Counted from the stretch's first letter, positions 1 to 12,627 are shown. The stretch is DNA of 64,000 nt from Vicugna vicugna (GCA_013265495.1 MU058824.1:2693111-2757110); one strand, 5' to 3'. Made by a program: numbers and translations. Notes: a model not told the origin generated them from the letters alone.

Positions 1-209
1 GTGGAGGGGGAAGCAGCTTGCCTCCAGGCAAGTTGGCTCAGCCCACTGCTTTGTTTAGCTTCAAACATTCAACTTCTCGCTTCTATTTGAAAACCTGCTT
101 CTGATGTGATGGCCTGACAGCTGGTGAGAAATGCGAGCTGCATCTGGGCCACTAGAAGACTTGGCTGTGTGTGTGTGTGACAGCCCAGTCTTCTCTGTGC
201 CTGGGACCT

Positions 210-335
210 CATTCATTCACTCACTCACTCACTCATCCATCAAACATCTACTAGGTGCTTACTCTCTGCTAAATGCTGGCATCCAGCTGGTGAGCAAGAC
301 CAACATGGCCCTGCCTTCAGAGTATAGGTTCTTGT
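210..335 (-). mobile_element. LINE-2 (L2) 3' end fragment
   Basis: cattcattcactcactcac...caaacatctactaggtgcttactctctgc is the reverse complement of the L2 3' tail (tgaatgaatg repeat). Confidence 0.7.
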
Positions 336-784
336 AGGGGAGGGGCCCTTAGCAGGTCATCAGTCTTCAAAATGGAGCACAGGGCTGGTGTAAAGGTGGA
401 GGTCGCCAAGTGTTCTCAAGGACTGGAATATACTGCGACCGAGGTGGGTGATGCCCTTAACTAGATGCAAGGGGCTGGTGAATTTAAGTGTTTCTGCCAA
501 TCTATTCATCCAACAATTATTTACATCTACTCTGTGCCTGGCATATACTAAGCCCTCAGTGGGACTGTCAGCATGCCTGCCAGGAGCTCCACGAGGGCTA
601 TGTGGAGGTGTGATTCTCCTCCTCTGGATTCTCCGTGCTAGATCTGTTGATCATGCAACAGGGACTCAGCTACTGAGACTGGAATGGGACGCCATGCAGA
701 AAAGCAGAGAATCCTTCCTGGCTGAATAGGGGTTTGGGGAAGGAGGGTCACAGATTATCACTAGCATAACTGTAAACACTGGGG

Positions 785-900
785 AAGCAAGAGACTCAGG
801 TTCCAGCTCTGGTTCTGCTACTCAAGGGCTGTGTGACTTTAGGCAAGCTCTCTCCCTCTCTGGCTTTCAGTTTCCCCTACTATAAAAGAAAGGGGTTGCC
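785..900 (+). mobile_element. MIR SINE fragment
   Basis: MIR core: ggctgtgtgactttaggcaag...ctctctggctttcagtttcccctactataaaa. Confidence 0.75.
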
Positions 901-1239
901 ACAGCTCAACTCCAGGTCCCAAGCCCCAAAGCCCAGGACAGCACCTAGGACAGAGCAAGGGCTGGGGAATAACAATGTCATTTGTCACAGGGGGCCAGAT
1001 GCAGCCAGGGTCGGAGATGTGAAAGGGCTTATGACAAACAGCACTAATTGTGCCACTAACACTCTCATCCTACCTCTTCATAGTTAGGGTTATTTTGTAT
1101 CTGAGTAACACAGCATAGCATGTTTATAGTAATTCTTAGATCTTTGGGTCTGATAGGTAACTTTCCTTTTAACAATTATAATATGGTCATAGGTTCTGGG
1201 ACACATGAGATAGAATTCTAGATCCAATCTTTGCTTCCA

Positions 1240-1805
1240 AAAAATAAAGCGTGAAAAAGAAGAAACAGTTACTTTCCAATGGGGATACCTAGCAAACACT
1301 ACCTCAAACAAGCAATTAAGGAGAACCACAACACTGATGTCAAGTGTCATGTGGAATGATGTGACGAGAAGGGCACTTCGCCTCTGTGGTATTCTTTCCC
1401 TAAACTTATAATCCTAATTTAAACATGAGAAAAACGTTAGATAAACCGGACTGGGAGATATTCTGTGGGATACCCAGCCAGGACTCTCGAGGGTAATGAA
1501 AAACAAGGAAAGACTGAGAAGCTGGCACAGACAAGAGAAGATCATGAACAGAGATGACAGCTCAGTGCCATGTGGTGCCCTGGCACTGGATCATGGAGTA
1601 GAAAGAGGACATTAATGGAAAAAATGGTGAAATCCAAATAAAGTCTGGAGTGCATGTAGTAACCATGTACCAATGTCAAATTTCTTTGTTTTGATACATA
1701 CACCATGGTAGTGTAAGGTGTGAACTATAATGGAAAACTCTCCGTCTATACAACTTCTCTGTAAATCTAAATTTATTCTGAACTGAAATGTTTATTTTTT
1801 TTAAA
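1240..1805 (+). mobile_element. Old L1 (L1MC/L1MD-type) 3' UTR
   Basis: Resembles the L1MC-type 3' end: gggcacttcgcctctgtggtattc...aaaaacaaggaaagactgagaagctg...ttctctgtaaatctaaatttattctg. Confidence 0.8.
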
Positions 1806-2179
1806 GGAGACAAACATTTTAGGACTAAAATAAAAGTGTTTGGCAAAAAAGGAGGAAAGAATGATTAATAGATAAAATACCTTCCTTCATAGAAAATACC
1901 ACAGAATAATTTGTTTTTTCTCAGTTGCTGGAAAAATTTTGAAACTAAGCCAAGCTTTGAGGATTTGTATAAGATGCTGCATTATAATCTCATGCTTTGG
2001 CTTTGTACTAACATACAGGCTGTACAAGGTACAGTAAAACACAAGAAGAATCAGTAACTCTTGGAGGGTTGCATAAGGCTTCCTAGAGGAGGATGGCATT
2101 TTCAATAGGTTCTTGAAGGATGTATAGGAGTTATCAGATAGCTAATGAGAAAGAGTAAGGATAGGAATCTCTATAATTA

Positions 2180-2275
2180 TATTTAATAAATATTTATTGG
2201 TTACCTACCAAGTACTAGGCTCTGAGGATACAGCTATAAACAAAACTAAGAAATGTTCTCTGCCCTCATGATGTT
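2180..2275 (-). mobile_element. L2 3' fragment
   Basis: atttaataaatatttattggttacctacc...ctgaggatacagctataaacaaaa...tgccctcatg. Confidence 0.7.
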
Positions 2276-2454
2276 TGGTTTCCTGTTACTTCCCACAATA
2301 CATATAATTATGTGTTGTAGTTATGGAGTGTATGTGGATGTTTAGGTATATGTCTCCCAGAAACAGTAATTAGTGGGCCTGCTCTGGCACCCGCCCTGAC
2401 TTCTAACCGATACCACTCCACATTAAGCCTGCTGCCCAAGCCACCATGTTTTTA

Positions 2455-2700
2455 CCAAGCTGGTTTTCCTGGTAAGTGACCTCTGCTGATGCACAGGCCA
2501 TTTGGTTTTATGTTCTGTTGCCATTGTCTTGAAATGCTTAATACTTTTACGCGAACCTGTGTTTTGTAAGTGAAGTCTAATGAGACAATGGAGCATGCAT
2601 ATGAGAGGGGAGACCTGCCTGGTGGCAGGGCATGCACGCATGGGCTCAGCCCCATGGGGACAGGGCAGTATGCATACCACACAGCTGGCCTGGCCACTAG
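2455..2700 (+). mobile_element. MER45-like hAT-Tip100 DNA transposon fragment
   Basis: ttggttttatgttctgttgccattgtcttgaaatgcttaat...tgtgttttgtaagtgaagtctaatgagacaatggagcatgc resembles the MER45 family as recalled. Confidence 0.6.
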
Positions 2701-3394
2701 ATGGGCACATGCTCTCCACTGGGGTGATCTGGAGTGCTGTTGGACCCCAAGGGGGCAGCCAGGGCTGGTCCTGAGCCCAGGTAGGTGGTGGCGATGGTGA
2801 GAGCAGTAGCAGTGCTAGTGGCAACCAAGGCCCAAGAGAGAGGGGCCTCCAAATCTCAGGCATTAGTCCTTTACTGCATTTATTGAGGGGCTACTATGTG
2901 TCAGGTCCTGTGATTGATAAGAGCTCTAGTTATGTCCCACTAGAAGTGGGAGGAAACATTGTTTTTTCTTACTGTTTTGTCCCATTAAAAAATATTATGC
3001 AGCAAATTTGGAGGAAATAGAAAAAAGGGGGAAAAAGGACTCCATAGACTCAAAGCCTCAACAAATTACTATGAACATTTTGGTGTTTTTCATTCTAGAC
3101 TTTGCCATGCATATTTTTACAGGGTTTAAATGATATGTAGCATATATTCTATCGAGTGAATATACTGTATTAACTTTCTTTGACATTTATGTGGCTTCCA
3201 ATTTTTGATAAGACTTTGCTTTACATCTTTGTGCATAATTGCACTTTCTAATACACTGACTCATTTTTTAAAAAGTATAGCTTTTCCAAGAAGTTCAGAT
3301 TATTGCTTAACGCAGAATTTCTGTGCTTTGTTCACTATGGTCTCCTTAGGTGAGTCATTCACTCCTGTGTTTGGTTGTTTCAGCACTTTCTCCT

Positions 3395-4585
3395 CAGCTT
3401 TATTATAATAAATTTAATAACTCAGGTGAAATTGACAAATTCCTTGGAAAACACAAACTACCAAAGCTTCACTCAGGAAGAAACAGATAACAAGAATAGC
3501 CCTGTATCTGTTAAACAAGTTGAATTCATAACTGAAAAACTTCCAACAAACTCCAGACCCAGATGGCTTCACTGGTGAATTCTAATACCAAGTTATTTAA
3601 GGAAGAAATAATACCAATTCTACCCAAACTCCTACAGAAAATAGAAGAGGAGGACACATTTCCCAATCATTTTGTAGAGGCATTGGTGTACAGTGGTTAG
3701 CATAGCTGCCCTCCAATTATTTTATGAGACCAACATTTCCTTGACATCAAAAGCAGACAAAGACATCCTGGAAAAAAAACCCCACCTATAGTCCAATATT
3801 CCTCATGAATATAAATACAAACAGTTTCAACAAAATATTATCAAAGCAAATCCAGCAGAAACTATACAGGATAATTCATAACTGCCACATTGGAAAATAA
3901 CCTAAATGTCTTTCAGCTGGTGAATGGTAAACAAACTGGTACATTCATACAATAGAATACTGCCCAGCAATTAAAAGGAATGAAACTCTGATACACACGA
4001 CACAGATAAATCTCAGATGCATTGTGTTTAGTGAAAGAAGAAATACTTAAAGGCTACATACTGTATGATTCTATTTATATGCCCTTCTGGAAAAGACAAA
4101 ATTACAGAAACAAAACAGATCATTGACTGTCAGGGTGGGGAGAAAAAAATGACTACAGAACCATAGCCCAGGGGAATTTGGGGGGAAGGTGATAGAATAG
4201 GTCTGTGTTGGTTACATGACTGTAGGCATTTTTGTTGAAACCTGTAGAACTCTCTTAACAAAAAGCATACATTTTACTCCACGTAAATAATGCCTCAATA
4301 AAAAAGAGGAAAAACAGGTCATCTATGCTTCTATTTATGACATTCTGAAAAAGGCAAAAACTGAATGGACATAAAAATAGGTCCATGGCTGAAGGGGCTG
4401 AGATGGAACGAGGAGTCTGACTGCAAAGAGGCATGAGGTAATATTTGGGGGTTCATGGAAATATGCTATTTCTTGATTGTGGTGGTGGTTATAAAACTAT
4501 ACATGTTTGTCAAAATTCATAGAACCGTACACCTAAAATGGGTAAATTTTACTGGATGTAAATTATACCTTAGTACACTTGTCTT
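3395..4585 (+). mobile_element. Old L1M ORF2 remnant followed by L1MB/ME-type 3' fragments
   Basis: Decayed ORF2 motifs (gacaaattccttggaaaacacaaactaccaaagc; ccagacccagatggcttcactggtgaattcta; cctatagtccaatattcctcatgaatataaat), then 3' UTR motifs (aaacaaactggtacattcatacaatagaatactg; ttcttgattgtggtggtggtta). Confidence 0.85.
3680..3716 (+). pseudogene. Tailless 5'-half tRNA-Gly(TCC) retropseudogene inserted in L1
   Basis: GCATTGGTG-TACAGTGGTTAGCATAGCTGCCCTCCAA aligns to the 5' half of mammalian tRNA-Gly-TCC (GCGTTGGTGGTATAGTGGTTAGCATAGCTGCCTTCCAA) and stops in the anticodon loop; flanked by imperfect direct repeats 3663-3679 and 3713-3728. Confidence 0.85.
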
Positions 4586-4869
4586 CTAAACACTCTTTAT
4601 GCCTGGAACATCCGTGACTGCTTGATACAGCCGTCCTTAAAAGGAGAGATGTTTACATTTCTCATAAGGCATTGATTGATGTCAAATCATTATCAAATGC
4701 CCTCTCTCTCAAGGACCACCCCAGAAACTTTGCCCTGTATGTAGCCGTGAACTAGTCTGGAATTAGAGTTGATTTAGGTCCTGCTTCTTTTGTGGGGGTT
4801 TTGGGGATGCTTTCTTTTGATGTCCACTAGAGGGTACTGTGTACATGTGCACAGAAGGCTCTTACACAA

Positions 4870-5330
4870 ATCTGGGCATCCCTTCTTGCACTCAAGTAGA
4901 GAAACACGGACAAAGACATCTCCACACATGTGCCTGTAATGAGACATGTGGACACACACAAACCCACAAATCATCACACACACAGCACCCACTCACACAC
5001 ATGGATAGATGTGTATATACATACATCACAACAGCATGTGCACAAAAACATCTACTCGTGAACACAGTCACATGGCCATAAAACACACACAATGCACATA
5101 TCCATATACATTCAGATCCACACAGATTCCCCCCACACACACACACACCACCCCCACCACCACTGCCACCACCAACCTAGGCATACACATGGCCAATTAC
5201 ATGTTGGCAGGCAAATACAGTGATGTGTATAGTGTCATAAACACACTCCAGACACAGACACAGGCATGAAAACACAGATACACATTCCTGTCTAAATACC
5301 AACACGTGTGCACGTACATGCACACCTACC
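4870..5330. repeat. Degenerate (CA)n-rich low-complexity tract
   Basis: Many cacacaca/catacaca runs. Confidence 0.8.
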
Positions 5331-6879
5331 CTGGGTCTTTGTTATCTTACTTTTGTAGAAAATGAGGTCCCCTGAGGGATGATTAATATTGTGGTGTTTT
5401 CTAAGGAAAACAATGGAAATGTCAACTTCATCCTCCCGATGGAACTGTTTTATTCGTTAAATGTTAATGAAAGGCAGTTCAGATAATACACTGAGTTTTT
5501 AAAGAGAGAAATAGCCACCCTGCTCTGACAAAGCAGAAAACCTAAGTCACAATTTTGCAAACAATTTATTAACATATGAGTTCTCTGAGACACCCTGAAA
5601 CAGAAGCAGGTTTGAAAAAACACTGAAGAAACTTCAATAGAAAAATCAATATAAGCCATAACATTCTGTAAAGATAAATAATAAGTCCAAACAAGCTCTT
5701 TCCTCTCAGAAAGGGTGATAAAGAAGCCCAGGGCCTTTGCAAATGATTATCAGATGGCCAGGCCTGGAAATTTGCCTTCAATAAGACAAAGGCATTAAAA
5801 TAAAGGAAAAGATAAAGAAAGAGAAAGGGAAAAGAGCCTATGAAAATAGCTGATTGGATAACAGCATTATATAGCTGAGAAAAGGTGGCGATCAGAAATG
5901 CATGGCGCTGTGGCAGCCAAGCCCTGGCATGAAATAGGTGAGTATTCCCCGGGCGACAGGCAGAGGTTCAAGTCGGGGCATGAGTGGCATGGACAACAGC
6001 GTCCATTGCTGTGTCTTCTCCACAGAAGTCTCGTAGGGAGGAGGGAGAAGCTTGGCTTCTGGGTCAGAACACCCAGGTCCAAGTCCCACCTCTGCCGTCT
6101 CCCTGGCATGTGGTGCTGGCAGTTCTCACCCCTCCCTGAGCCCCTGTCTCCCCAGGAGAACAATGAGGAAGTTGCCTTTTCTGATCTCTAAAGTTCCTTC
6201 CTGCTCTGATACCTCATCGTCACCAGCCCCTGGAACATCTTTCTGAGACCCCACTGCATCCCACAGCCAGAATCAACGCAAGGAGCTCTGTTTGTGCACT
6301 TAACAAAGTGCCCGTTCCAGCCCATCAGCTCGATCCCAGGGAACAATAGCTCAGGAATAGATAAAAGGCATTCATCAGGCAGCCAGGCCCAATTATCATG
6401 TCACACGGAATGAATGTATTTTAAAATCTTTTCTGACAAGAAAATGTTCCAAGTAGGTACCTTCAAATTAGCTGGAAAATCCAGAGAATTCGCTATTAGG
6501 CCTTCTTTGAAGAATCTTTATTCCCCCCTACTGTTCCAGAGGAATTCCTTGGATATTATTAATTCCTTCTAAGAGTCTGACCTTGTGCACCCCCGCTGGG
6601 ATGGAAACACTTTGTCTGTCTGCCCAACTCCCCGGGAGCCATTGCAGAGATGATACACACCACAGCCTGACAGGGGATCACCTGTCCATCAATTTCCAAT
6701 GTCAGGTGGGCTCCAGTAGAAATGCAGTTCAGTTCAATTCAATTCCACCCACATTTACTGAGCATCTTCTCTGTGTCTAGAGCCCTGTGATAAAAGCTGA
6801 GAACCCAGCTCTTGTGGTGGAGGGACACTCTGTTAATGGGGACATGCTTATAAGCAGATCAGTGTTAGCAAGAAGGAGG

Positions 6880-7030
6880 TCACATAGCTCAGTAACCCTA
6901 CATTTTGAAGCTTGATTTGGCTACTGGCTGTGTGTTCTTGGGCAGGTGACTTCACCTCTCTGAGTCTTGCTTTCCTTACTTCTAAAATGGGGGAAATGAC
7001 ACCTAACTCCTGAGGCTGTTGGGAGGAGGG
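6880..7030 (+). mobile_element. MIR
   Basis: ggctgtgtgttcttgggcaggtgacttcacctctctgagtcttgctttccttacttctaaaatgggg. Confidence 0.8.
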
Positions 7031-7474
7031 TCAGTTTCATGGACACAGACTGTCCCACTGTCTGAGCCACCTGTGATCAAGGCCTGACATTCCAACATCA
7101 TCTTTGCCTCCCAGGCCTGAGGGGGTCATTTTTGACCTCCTCTCCACTCACAAGAACCCAGCTGCTTTATTCTCAGCTCCATGTTGCAGATGGCTCCACT
7201 TGCCTGTGGTCTGGGAGAAGAGATGTCTCTAGCCTAATGAGAAATTGCATCAAATGCAGATACCTGGAACTTGTGGCTCTGATGCTGAGATCTGGAAAGG
7301 CAGCAGCAAGCATTTGGGGGAGAAGAGACTGATTCAGGGAATTAGTTTCCAAATGAATATAGAACAATCTGCTTTGGCTTTGTCATATTGTGGGTTTTGC
7401 AGCAGCAGATTGCTAACTAGGGGAGATTTCTCATTGACCCACAGAATTACAGGGCCAGAGGGGACTTAGAGGCC

Positions 7475-7585
7475 ACTCTGTTCTTATTTTACAAGTAAGG
7501 AAACTGAGGCCCAGAGAGAGGAAGGAAAAACACATGGTAAACCTGTGGCGGAGTTGGGCCTAGATCCTAGATGTCCTGTGTCCCT
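7475..7585 (-). mobile_element. MIR
   Basis: ttattttacaagtaaggaaactgaggcccagagag...gtggcggagttgggcctagatcctagatgtc. Confidence 0.75.
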
Positions 7586-8014
7586 GGCCTCTGTCCCTCC
7601 TTTCATCTCGCTGGGTCACAAATCGCCACCCATAGGACTGGGAATGGGTCTCTCTCTCCAGCTTCCCTTCCTTAATACTAGAACCCTGGCCCTGGACCCC
7701 CCAGACTCCACCCTGCCCGAGCCTGCAGACCCCTCCTGTTCTCAGTCGTGGAGCGTCCGAGACTCCTGTGTGCAGTAGATCCTGCCTCCGCCAGCCCTGG
7801 GGACCTCCAGGCCTCAGGAAGAGTACAATCAGCATCTTTTCAGTGGGATTACTCCTGGCTACTCCGAGTGAAACTTTGTGAAGTAAGACCTCTAGCTGCT
7901 TGAAGGCTGTTCAGGTGGTATCTTTGGTCCAGGGGGACAGAATTCAGACGCCACTGAGTACCTGGGATTTCTGCTAGGTTTACTTCACTTCACAGTCTAC
8001 ATGAATGGGTAGGC

Positions 8015-8110
8015 TCATCCACCCCATTTTATAGATGGGGAAACTGAAGTTCTGAGAGTGCAAGTGCTGTGACCCAGCGACAGAACCGAAGAGTTACAAC
8101 CTGAGTCTAA
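8015..8110 (-). mobile_element. MIR
   Basis: ccccattttatagatggggaaactgaagttctgagag. Confidence 0.7.
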
Positions 8111-8169
8111 GTAAGCCCTCCATGGAAGAGAAGAGCGCTACCTCAGCAACAGAGTTTGCTTGTACTTAC

Positions 8170-8213
8170 TTTTGCGGTCACCCTCGTCATGCGGTCAGCT
8201 CAGCTGTTGTCCC
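8170..8213 (-). other. Candidate 44-nt exon (unverified)
   Basis: Minus strand: tgctttgctttccccag|GGGACA...GCAAAA|gtaagta; unique sequence with retained CpGs. Confidence 0.3.
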
Positions 8214-9209
8214 CTGGGGAAAGCAAAGCATCGACCTACATTCTCACTAGTTTCTTACTGATAGCATGTTGCCTGATACTTTCCCCAAATAGCTCCTGTG
8301 CATTTTACTCTGACCAGGGGCATGTGCAGAGGACACATTCAGAACATTCTGCCTCTGGGGCTGCATCAACACCCAGGGAAGTGGAGCATGTTCAGAGAGG
8401 AGATGCCAATCTTATGTTGCTGGTAGGGAGGAGGAGAGGTCTTAATGGACAAGAGCAAAGGCATGGGAAGGGTGTGCTGGCCAGAGGAGACATAGGGCAT
8501 TGGCACAGGCCTGCAGGAAAAAAGGTGCATGTTTGGGAATAAGAACTTTAATCTGGGTTCAGCATGGAATGCATGCGTGTTTGCAGGGCGAGCTGCAGCA
8601 AAGGGCCTTGGCTATGAAGATAAGGAGCTCAGTATGATCTAGGAGATGGGAAACAGCAGAATTAAGAAAAGGTCTGATCTCTATGTGAGCTGAGTGTGGG
8701 CTGGAAAAGGGTAGAGATGAGATGAAGTCCACGCGTCAAACAATCACCCAATGGGCAGCAAGTTTAGACCTGGTCACGGGCCAGGGTCTGCTGGCTGTCA
8801 CCAAGATGGGAGACCAGAAGGAAGAAACCGGCACCCACGGCTCAGGGCCAGGCTCCGGCTGCCTGCCTCTGGATGTCTCCCCCTCACTCTGTATCTTTTC
8901 GAGGCAACACCTTCATAAGGCAGCCTCAGAGGCCCACAGCTGCCAGATCCCTTCTTATCTCTCTTGTAAACACAGATGTTTTATTATCTTGTCAAAGGAA
9001 CGGTCCTACAGGTTGCCTTAGGGAAAACAGAAATTTCAACCCCTTCAGCCTCCTGAAAAAATGCCACTGTGAAGTCTCTGGCGCAAATGCAAAAATTGTG
9101 CAAATATCTTCTTTGAAAGCAGAGGAGGGCTTCCCCCTTTTGAAGCCTCAGCTCCTTCATGTGGTAAAGGCAGGAGTTGGCTAAGAAAGCCTCCTACTTG
9201 GATGTTCAC

Positions 9210-9313
9210 CCATCTATCTCCCCACTAGACTGGAGCTCCCGAGGGTAAGGGCCACGTCTCACATATGGGCCACAGTGTAGATCTCAAGAATGTTTGTGGA
9301 ATGAATGAATGAG
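9210..9313 (+). mobile_element. L2 3' end
   Basis: tctcccccactagactggagctcccgagggtaagggcc...gaatgtttgtggaatgaatgaatga. Confidence 0.8.
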
Positions 9314-9799
9314 CAGAAAACTGAGCAGATAACTAGGATTTCAAAGCAATGAAACACAACTTGAGGGTGTGCACGACCCTCCCCCTCCAGCTTGCTTTCA
9401 GCAAGACTTTGACTCCACTAGAGCTAGAATTTGGTGGTTGCTGCAGAGTTTAAGGCCCTCCTCTTTGCCACTGGGTTCAGGGTTGGACATGGATTTCCCA
9501 TTAGTCACCTCAGATCAGGGGACAGAAATAGCTGAGAGTCACTCCCAAGGGACATACATTTCTCAAGGACAATGGGGTCACTCAACTCACATGACAGCCG
9601 TTGTCTAGTTAAATGCCCACTTCCCATCACATTCTCAGTAATGACCCAGAAGGCCCTGTTCCCGGAGCCCAGCGATGAATGACTGCCAAGGTCAAAGGGT
9701 AACTTCAACTTGGCCTCTTCATGTTTGCCTCAGAAAGACAGCTGGGATGTGGGGGAGAGAGAATGGGAGGCTGAGAGGGATGGAGTGGGGTCTCTCCGG

Positions 9800-10115
9800 C
9801 CCCACCACTCAGTAGCTTTGTGATACCAGCAAGTTCCTTGGTCCCTCTGCATCTCAGCTTCCTCTTTTGTAAGACAGGAGAAATCATACCTGGGGTCTGG
9901 GAACGGCTGGCCCAGACTGCAAGATGTGCTCAAGGGATTTGGTTCCTGTGCTTGGGCTCCAGCTCTTCCTCTAGCCTCTGAACCACCTCGCTGGGCCTCT
10001 GGCTCCTCACCTGTAGAACAAGCATAATGACATCTACTCATGGGGTTGGTCGAGGTGTGGGTGAAATGACATACTTTACATGAAAACTCTGGTAAACTGA
10101 AAAATGTTGTGCAAA
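9800..10115 (+). mobile_element. Two MIR fragments
   Basis: ctctgcatctcagcttcctcttttgtaagacagg and gggcctctggctcctcacctgtagaac...ctactcatggggttgg. Confidence 0.6.
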
Positions 10116-10364
10116 GCGACGGGGCTAGTATTCTGTTTTTAAGGATTCTTCAAATGGGATGACTACATCTTCTTATGAAATGTGAAGTGTACTGGACTAG
10201 GTGTTGCGATTTGAGCCCATTCCTGTGAGTTTGGCTGTTTTCTCTTAGCAGGTCAACAGCTGGAACATAGGGTATGTGACAGTGAAAATCTGGAGTGGAG
10301 ACGATTAGGGATGTGGTGATGGGAGTTGATGCTAGAAAAATGATGAATGAAGATGAATGATTTT

Positions 10365-10575
10365 AGTTAGGCTTTATCCAGTAGGCAATGGGGAGCGTGG
10401 AAGGTCTCTAAGCAGAATCGGAACAGTAAATTAGAAAGAAAGATCTGGTACCCTGAGTGGAGGATGGCCTGGAGAGGGTGAGGTTGGAGCAGGGAAACTG
10501 ATGAACAGCTAGTTGTGCTGAGACCCACACGAGGAATAGCAAGGCATGAAGAAGGTTGGTGTGACTCCAAGGTCT
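10365..10575 (-). mobile_element. L2 fragment
   Basis: ggctttatccagtaggcaatggggagcgtggaaggtctctaagcag...tggaggatggcctggagaggg. Confidence 0.6.
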
Positions 10576-11221
10576 AGGCTCCCGGCCATAAGCCCTTTGG
10601 TGCCTCTCTAATTAACTGAAAATATGACACAAGACTTCTTGCTAAGAGCACGGCCGAAGACAACAGCATTAACCTTTTGTAGGAGGGGTTAAATGTCACA
10701 AGCAGAAGGGGAGAAATGGTTGAACATAGCCTCAACTACAGCCTAACCAATGGCCCACTTTAGCTTGGTAATGATTTCTTTGAAATCATTAAACAGGCAA
10801 AAAAAAAAAAGTCCCATGAAGAAATTTGTACTTTGCTATTCTTGTTTGAGCAGATGTTTTTATCTATCCTTTATTTTTAAGGCCACCTTCTTCCATTTAA
10901 GAGGGACAGCAATCTAGGTGATGGAGGTAGTACCTTCCCCCATGAAAATCCTGCAGCCCCTTGGCCTATGCCAGGGGTGGTTTGAATGAGGGAACAGCAC
11001 GATGATGTCCACAGAGGCCAGACTCACTTCTGTCAATGTATTCCCTCTGGTGTCCTCAGCCCTGGCGCTGTGACGACTGGAGTCAATATCTGCTGTAATG
11101 TGTTTTGGTCTCATTAACATGGACTGGATTAAGCAGCCGCATGGGCTTTTCAATTAGGAGGACAAGTTTCTGACAGTGTTTACAAAAGGATTAGATCCCT
11201 GCTTAGCATGTGACAGGCCGC

Positions 11222-11340
11222 ACCTCTCCTCCCTTCTCTCCTCCTCCCTCCCTCCCGTCTTCCTTTCTTTTCTCCCTTGCTCCCTCCCTCATCCCTTTCC
11301 ATCCTTCTCCTCCTTCTTTCTCTCCCTCTTTCCTTCCCTG
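11222..11340. repeat. CT-rich polypyrimidine low-complexity tract
   Basis: ctcctcccttctctcctcctccctccctccc... Confidence 0.85.
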
Positions 11341-12627
11341 TGTTCCACAAACAAATGAATTTACCCTGTTTCTGTTTTGGGGATATTCGGCCAGATGTAC
11401 TGTCATGAGTAGGTGGAGATTAGCATCATTTAACCATCCTGAATGACATCTCATCCAGCTGCCCACCTGCACTTGACTCTGCTCCAGCCTATGCTTGCAC
11501 ACCTCCAGGCCCTGGGAGCTCACTACCTCAGAACCTAGCCCATGTCCCTGTTAGAAGGTTCTGACCACAAGGAAAGCTTCTTTCTGGAGCTGAGCCATCA
11601 GCAGCCCCCAGAGTTTCTTTCCCCTCACACCCCAGGCCTGCTTTTCAGGGCCATCAAAGCCTGTCTACTGTGACTGCAGCTACTCTGGGACAACCTTTTG
11701 TGACCTTGAGACCAGTATCTCATGCTGCAGGGTAGCCTCCCTTTGTGCCAGCACACAAGGGCTCCTTCTTTGTGTAAAGGCAGGCCTTCGCCTCACACGG
11801 ACACATGTGCTCATAGTTTTAATCGTGCTGTAAATAGCCTTTTGTTCTCTGTTTTTAAATTAAAAATATACCATAAACATTATTCCACATGGTATCCCAA
11901 TCGCCAAAACATTCCCCTTTTAAGCACTTCAGAGTATTTCATGCGGAAGCATCATGGCTTGATTCACTGTCTACCACTAATGGATGCAGACCCTGTTTCT
12001 TAGCATTTCTTCACAGCTTCTTTGTTCATTTGGCTTTTTACTCCTATTGAATTATTTCCTCAGGAGAAACACACATTAGTGAGGCTCCTGGATCATTTGT
12101 CTTGATGTGACTTTTGGTACACACTCAGACTGCGTTGTAAAATGCCCGTGCCTGGGGAGGTTGCCACCTCAGCAGCTGGGCGTTTCGCTTTCACTAGAAA
12201 CTTCACCTGGCTCAGGCTCCTCTTTTAAAAATTTTCCTATTTTATGGGAATAAAGCCATCTTGGGGTTGTTTCCATTTGATGTCTTTCATCACTTTCTAA
12301 AGAAGAAAAGAAAAAGGAGAAGGATACATTGTTCCTTGGGTTTGGTTGCTATTTGTCTTTCTCTGGTGGGAGTGGTCTACTTGAACCTTCTGCTCATTTA
12401 CACTATTGGGGTATTGATGTTTTCCCTACAAAGTCCAGTGAGCTCTTAAATTGTAAAGCTATTAACCCTTACTCTGTCCTCGGTCAGACATTTCCCCACA
12501 GCACTTGCACATTTACTTTAATCATCTTGTTCTTGTTTTCTGCCTGGGGAATTCACTACTGGGGACCAGGGGGCATCCCTGGGCACTGACTGCCCAACCC
12601 CCACAACTGGCATCTTTGATGGCCAAA

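Noticed and set aside
2745..2758. CTCF-like motif CCCCAAGGGGGCAG (also CTGCCAGGGGGCAG at 29573-29586)
   Set aside because: Partial matches expected by chance in 64 kb; cannot be supported without PWM scoring or ChIP data.
3680..3750. Functional tRNA-Gly gene
   Set aside because: Only the 5' half is present; no T-arm/B-box or acceptor 3' strand.
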